Of a stretch of DNA of 64,000 bases, positions 60,240-64,000 are shown one piece after another. Source of the DNA: Flavobacteriaceae bacterium (GTDB taxonomy: Bacteria; Bacteroidota; Bacteroidia; Flavobacteriales; Flavobacteriaceae); the NCBI GenBank assembly GCA_947491985.1, contig CANLLR010000010.1, positions 4,920-68,919 of the forward strand. The letters are read 5' to 3'. The position numbers and the translations under genes are program-made. The first letter of the stretch is position 1. The number at the start of each line of letters is the position of its first letter. Below the pieces are notes generated by a model that did not search any database, was not told where the DNA came from, and worked only from the letters and a program-made list of their open reading frames with translations.

Positions 60240-60659
60240 ATGTTCGATAAAGAAAAAGTGATTGCGTTATGCAATGAAATGTCAATAAATACTTTGATGT
60301 CAACGTTAGAGATTGAGTTTATTGATGCTGGAGAAGATTTTTTAACCGCGAAAATGCCCGTTAACCCGAGAGTGCATCAACCAATGGGATTACTTCACGG
60401 TGGTGCTAGTGTAGCGTTGGCTGAAAGTGTTGGAAGTGCTGCTTCGATGTTGTACGTGAATCCAGAAAAGCAGGAGGTTCGCGGTATCGAAATATCGGCG
60501 AATCATTTGCGCAGTAAACGTGAAGGAATGATTTATGGTACGGCACGAATTGTTCATAAAGGACGAAGCATTCATCTTTGGGAAATTAAAATCGTCGATG
60601 AAGACGATAAATTAATCTCACTTTGCAAATTGAGTAACATGATTTTACCACGTCGCTAA
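60240..60659 (+). CDS. menI: PaaI/hotdog thioesterase, probable DHNA-CoA hydrolase
   Basis: QPMGLLHGGASVALAE, EISANH; coupled to the isochorismate synthase gene. Confidence 0.8.
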   Translation: MFDKEKVIALCNEMSINTLMSTLEIEFIDAGEDFLTAKMPVNPRVHQPMGLLHGGASVALAESVGSAASMLYVNPEKQEVRGIEISANHLRSKREGMIYGTARIVHKGRSIHLWEIKIVDEDDKLISLCKLSNMILPRR

Positions 60660-61720
60660 TGCTATCTTTATTTCAAAAAGTTGCCCAACAATTTCAGAAT
60701 AAATTACCATTTGTAGTGTATTGCAAACCCAACACTAAAAAAATGATTGGTATTTTTCAAAACGATAATGTACTTTATGAACTTACTGATTTCGACGAAA
60801 GTGGTTTTGCCTTTGTTGCCTTTGATAGTACTAAAAAGTATTTTATTCCCGAAGAACTTTCTGATGTGTATGTTGAGAAAGTAAATTCAGCAACCTATTA
60901 TTTTACTGATGAAATGCCCACAACAACCAATGAAATAGCGGTTAAAAATTTTGAAACGTTAGTTGAAAAAGGCATCTTAGCAATTGCAGAAAATGAATTT
61001 AAAAAAGTCGTACTTTCCCGTAAGGAGTCTTTTGAAATAGGCAATTTAGATTTTGAAAAAGTCATGAATCGTTTGCATTTTAATTATCCAAATGCTTTTA
61101 ATTATTGTTTTTTTCATCCTAAAATTGGCTTTTGGATAGGAGCAACTCCCGAGCAATTTATACAAATTGCTAACGAAACCATCAAAACTGTTGCATTAGC
61201 AGGTACACAATTATTTGCTGAAACTATTTCGTGGGAAAACAAAGAAAAACAAGAACAGTATTTGGTTACCGATTTTATTTTAGAAAGCGTGAGATTGTAT
61301 TGTCATAACCAACAAGTTTCTCAACCTTATACATTCAAAGCTGGAGCTATAGCACACATTAAGACCGATATTTCGGCCACTTTAAATTCAAAGTCCGATT
61401 TAGGTAAATTAATTGAGGCTTTGCATCCAACACCTGCCGTATGTGGCTTACCAAAAGAAAACGCCAAACAATTCATTCTGGACAACGAAGGATATAATAG
61501 AAAATTTTATACTGGATTTTTAGGCGAATTGAATATCGATTTTACTACATTTAAGCGAGATAATTCGGATTTATTCGTCAATTTGCGATGTATGGAAATC
61601 AACGATAAAGTGGCATCCATTTACGTTGGTTGTGGTATTACAAAAGATAGTATTCCCAAAAAAGAATATATTGAAACCGTAAATAAATCAATGACAATTA
61701 GAAAAGTTATAAATTTGTAA
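60659..61720 (+). CDS. menF: Isochorismate synthase
   Basis: KVVLSR, GATPE, ALAGT, LHPTPAVCG, VNLRC, YVGCGI. Confidence 0.9.
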   Translation: MLSLFQKVAQQFQNKLPFVVYCKPNTKKMIGIFQNDNVLYELTDFDESGFAFVAFDSTKKYFIPEELSDVYVEKVNSATYYFTDEMPTTTNEIAVKNFETLVEKGILAIAENEFKKVVLSRKESFEIGNLDFEKVMNRLHFNYPNAFNYCFFHPKIGFWIGATPEQFIQIANETIKTVALAGTQLFAETISWENKEKQEQYLVTDFILESVRLYCHNQQVSQPYTFKAGAIAHIKTDISATLNSKSDLGKLIEALHPTPAVCGLPKENAKQFILDNEGYNRKFYTGFLGELNIDFTTFKRDNSDLFVNLRCMEINDKVASIYVGCGITKDSIPKKEYIETVNKSMTIRKVINL

Positions 61721-61735
61721 TTAAATAAAAACAGT

Positions 61736-62455
61736 ATGATACAATTGGATATTTTGGCTTTTGGCGCACATCCTGATGATGTAGAATTGGGTTGTAGCGG
61801 AACAATTGCAAAAGAAATTGCACTCGGAAAGAAAGTCGGAATTATCGATTTAACACGAGGTGAATTAGGCACACGAGGTTCCGCTGAAATTAGAGATAAC
61901 GAAGCAGCAAAGGCAGCAAAAATATTAGGTGTTGCTGTTCGAGAGAACTTGAACATGCGTGACGGGTTTTTTATCAATGATGAAATTCACCAATTGGAAA
62001 TCATTAAAATGATTCGGAAATACCGTCCCAAAATTGTGCTATGTAATGCTGTAGACGATCGTCATATTGATCATCCAAAAGGAAGTAGTTTGGTTTCTGA
62101 TGCTTGTTTTTTGTCGGGTTTACGTCGAATAGAAACAGAAGTTGATAATCATATTCAAGACGCGTGGCGACCAAAATTGGTCTACCATTATATTCAATGG
62201 AAAAACAACGAACCCGATTTTGTTGTGGATATTAGTGGTTTTATGGAAGTAAAGATGGCGTCAATATTGGCCTACGATTCGCAGTTTTACAATCCGAATA
62301 CCAACGAACCTGAAACGCCAATTGCCACCAAAAACTTTTTGGATAGTGTGAAATATCGTGCTCAAGATCTAGGCAGAATTATAGGAACAGCATATGCTGA
62401 AGGATTTACCGTAGAAAGGTATTTGGCTGTCAATAGCTTAAGTGATTTGATATAA
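61736..62455 (+). CDS. bshB1: Bacillithiol biosynthesis deacetylase BshB1
   Basis: AHPDDVELGC, DLTRGELGTRG, DRHIDH, YAEGF. Confidence 0.85.
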   Translation: MIQLDILAFGAHPDDVELGCSGTIAKEIALGKKVGIIDLTRGELGTRGSAEIRDNEAAKAAKILGVAVRENLNMRDGFFINDEIHQLEIIKMIRKYRPKIVLCNAVDDRHIDHPKGSSLVSDACFLSGLRRIETEVDNHIQDAWRPKLVYHYIQWKNNEPDFVVDISGFMEVKMASILAYDSQFYNPNTNEPETPIATKNFLDSVKYRAQDLGRIIGTAYAEGFTVERYLAVNSLSDLI

Positions 62456-62471
62456 TTTTTTATTTTTTTTC

Positions 62472-62502
62472 TTTGTAGAATAAAACTTTTGCAATACATT
62501 TG
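62472..62502 (+). promoter_or_regulatory. Bacteroidota promoter of tRNA-His
   Basis: TTTG (62472-62475), 19-bp spacer, TACATTTG (62495-62502). Confidence 0.75.
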
Positions 62503-62515
62503 CACTCGTTAAAAT

Positions 62516-62590
62516 GGTGGTTGTAGCTCAGCTGGTTAGAGCGCTGGTTTGTGGTGCCGGAAGTCGCCGGTTCGAACCCGGTCATCCACC
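62516..62590 (+). tRNA. tRNA-His(GTG)
   Basis: Cloverleaf with encoded G-1, anticodon GTG at 62551-62553, GGTTCGAAC T-arm, C73. Confidence 0.95.
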
Positions 62591-62602
62591 CAAGTAACAT
62601 AT

Positions 62603-62631
62603 AAGCTTCCGACATTGTTGGGAGCTTTTTT
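62603..62631 (+). terminator. tRNA-His terminator
   Basis: AAGCTTCCGAC...GTTGGGAGCTTTTTT. Confidence 0.75.
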
Positions 62632-62644
62632 AATTTACGATTGT

Positions 62645-63109
62645 ATGAAAAAAATAATCTTCTTTTTATTCATTCCTTTTTTATCCTTCAGTCAAATTGA
62701 ACGAACCATTAAGTTGAAAGTGGCTGTAATGCAAAATTTTGTAACTAAAGGTGACGATGAAGGGGAAACGTTATTTTGGCAAACCAAAGGGCGAATTACG
62801 TTTGGAATTGTAAATTATACCGAAGAACAAAATCCTATTTTTAAAGCCTTGTTCATCAATCAATATAGAGAATTACTAGCTATTTACAAAAAGATGAATG
62901 TGTCTGAAGATTCGAACGACACCGCTTTGTATGTAAAAACACTAATACGTCAAGAAGAAGATTACCGTAATTTATTAACCAAAGACCAATTGAAATTTTA
63001 CTTAGATAAATTGGCCGATTTTGAGAAGAATAATCCGCAAGCAAACGATTCGTATTCTTCATTGTTTTTTTCTGAGAATTTATTAAAGGAATATAAATCG
63101 AAAACGTAA
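62645..63109 (+). CDS. Exported hypothetical protein
   Basis: Signal peptide from ATG 62645; the track start lies inside the tRNA. Confidence 0.75.
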   Translation: MKKIIFFLFIPFLSFSQIERTIKLKVAVMQNFVTKGDDEGETLFWQTKGRITFGIVNYTEEQNPIFKALFINQYRELLAIYKKMNVSEDSNDTALYVKTLIRQEEDYRNLLTKDQLKFYLDKLADFEKNNPQANDSYSSLFFSENLLKEYKSKT

Positions 63110-63420
63110 ACTTGCTTCTTTGTTTCTGAATTTATCTTCATTTTATTGGGAATAGTTCGACTGTGGCACTTTTTACCAACAATCCTGAATGTCAATGGAA
63201 CATGATAAGGGTTTCCTAACACCTTTTTGGCTATACAACACTACAACAACACTTCAAGAACCAACCGCATAAAATTCTTAGAGATTCCAACTCCTACTTA
63301 TATAACAACATCCTAAAGTGATTAGAGAAAAATTAAGAATTGTATAGTTTTTATGATCTAAAAAATTGAATTCGATAATTAGTTAAGGCTATTTTTATAT
63401 TGTGTTAAATAACGTAATTC

Positions 63421-64000
63421 ATGAAAATAGCATTCCTCCCTTTTATCAAATTGGTTCAATTCCTAATTATTTTGTTGATTGTAAAAAGCAATAGTTTATC
63501 AGCACAAAACATTTTGGTCAATGGTGATTTTGAAAGTGGAGGAAGTGGCATGGGATTTTTGGTTCATGATTACACCTTAATCAATCCACTTAATGGAAGC
63601 AGTGCACCTGGCAATTATGCACGAACAACCAATCCGAATCTAATGAATTCGGGATTTAATTTGGGCGGTGACCATACTACAGGCAACGGAAATATGATAG
63701 TGGTTGATGATGCAAATGTTACCAATCGCTTCTTTTGGACCACCGGAAATACTGGCGGTGCCATTAGCGGATTTACCATAGGAACTACATACACTTTTAG
63801 TTATTGGATCAAGTCGGTTTCTAATCAAGTTACGAATAGTGCAACACAAGCGAATATCGGTGTTTTCTTTGTAAATGCTACTACAATCAATCCAACCATC
63901 TTAAACAATTTGGCACCTTTGCCATTCGAAGGGTGGAAACAAGTTAGTTATTCATTCGTAGCTACAGCCAACAATGTCATGGTTCGATTACGGACGATTA
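63421..64000 (+). CDS. Partial large secreted protein (probable T9SS adhesin-like, carbohydrate-binding-like N-domain)
   Basis: Manual translation: signal peptide, QNILVNGDFESG, DHTTGNGNMIVVD, YTFSYWIK; open to the window end. Confidence 0.75.
   Translation, partial: MKIAFLPFIKLVQFLIILLIVKSNSLSAQNILVNGDFESGGSGMGFLVHDYTLINPLNGSSAPGNYARTTNPNLMNSGFNLGGDHTTGNGNMIVVDDANVTNRFFWTTGNTGGAISGFTIGTTYTFSYWIKSVSNQVTNSATQANIGVFFVNATTINPTILNNLAPLPFEGWKQVSYSFVATANNVMVRLRTI

Noticed and set aside
62549..62644. N-terminal extension of the 186-aa ORF
   Set aside because: It lies inside tRNA-His and its terminator; ATG 62645 gives a clean signal peptide.
62516..63109. Island integrated at tRNA-His
   Set aside because: No integrase, excisionase or duplicated tRNA end; a normal terminator follows.
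63110..63420. Riboswitch or gene remnant in the 310-bp gap
   Set aside because: I could not match SAM, TPP or cobalamin cores, and no frame gave a recognisable product; needs an Rfam or blastx search.
4603..63849. Many 60-150-aa antisense or alternative-frame ORFs in the track
   Set aside because: They overlap well-supported genes and have no recognisable motifs.

Overview
AT-rich chromosomal window from a Flavobacterium-like Bacteroidota genome, judged from Bacteroidota-type TTTG-N19-TAnnTTTG promoters, T9SS cargo and gene content. Positions 1-1668 look like one end of an integrative element at the 3' end of tRNA-Arg(ACG). The rest is mostly core genome: apt, a BlaI/BlaR1(M56) pair, MFS, tatD-tcdA-HAD, a photolyase/cryptochrome cluster, a PIG-L deacetylase plus Na+:solute symporter unit, a DUF2520-kdsC-UbiA-maf operon, fused ccsBA, an ECF sigma/anti-sigma pair, menaquinone genes (menD, B, A, C, and menI/menF far downstream), a MarR-led beta-oxidation operon, an LTA-synthase-like gene plus phosphatase, purL, T9SS proteins, bshB1 and tRNA-His. 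The most striking unexplained structure is non-coding. (1) Short-period (7/8/9-bp) tandem arrays occur as complementary pairs: one sense after stop codons, the reverse complement before start codons. They bracket an intact four-helix-bundle gene and a decayed one, and also appear as empty or solo sites, including in frame inside purL. (2) Two copies of a Flavo-1-like structured repeat carry the same 34-bp cassette in opposite orientations, and one copy has two extra 20-bp GC-rich inserts. All product calls come from motif recognition by eye; no database search was run.
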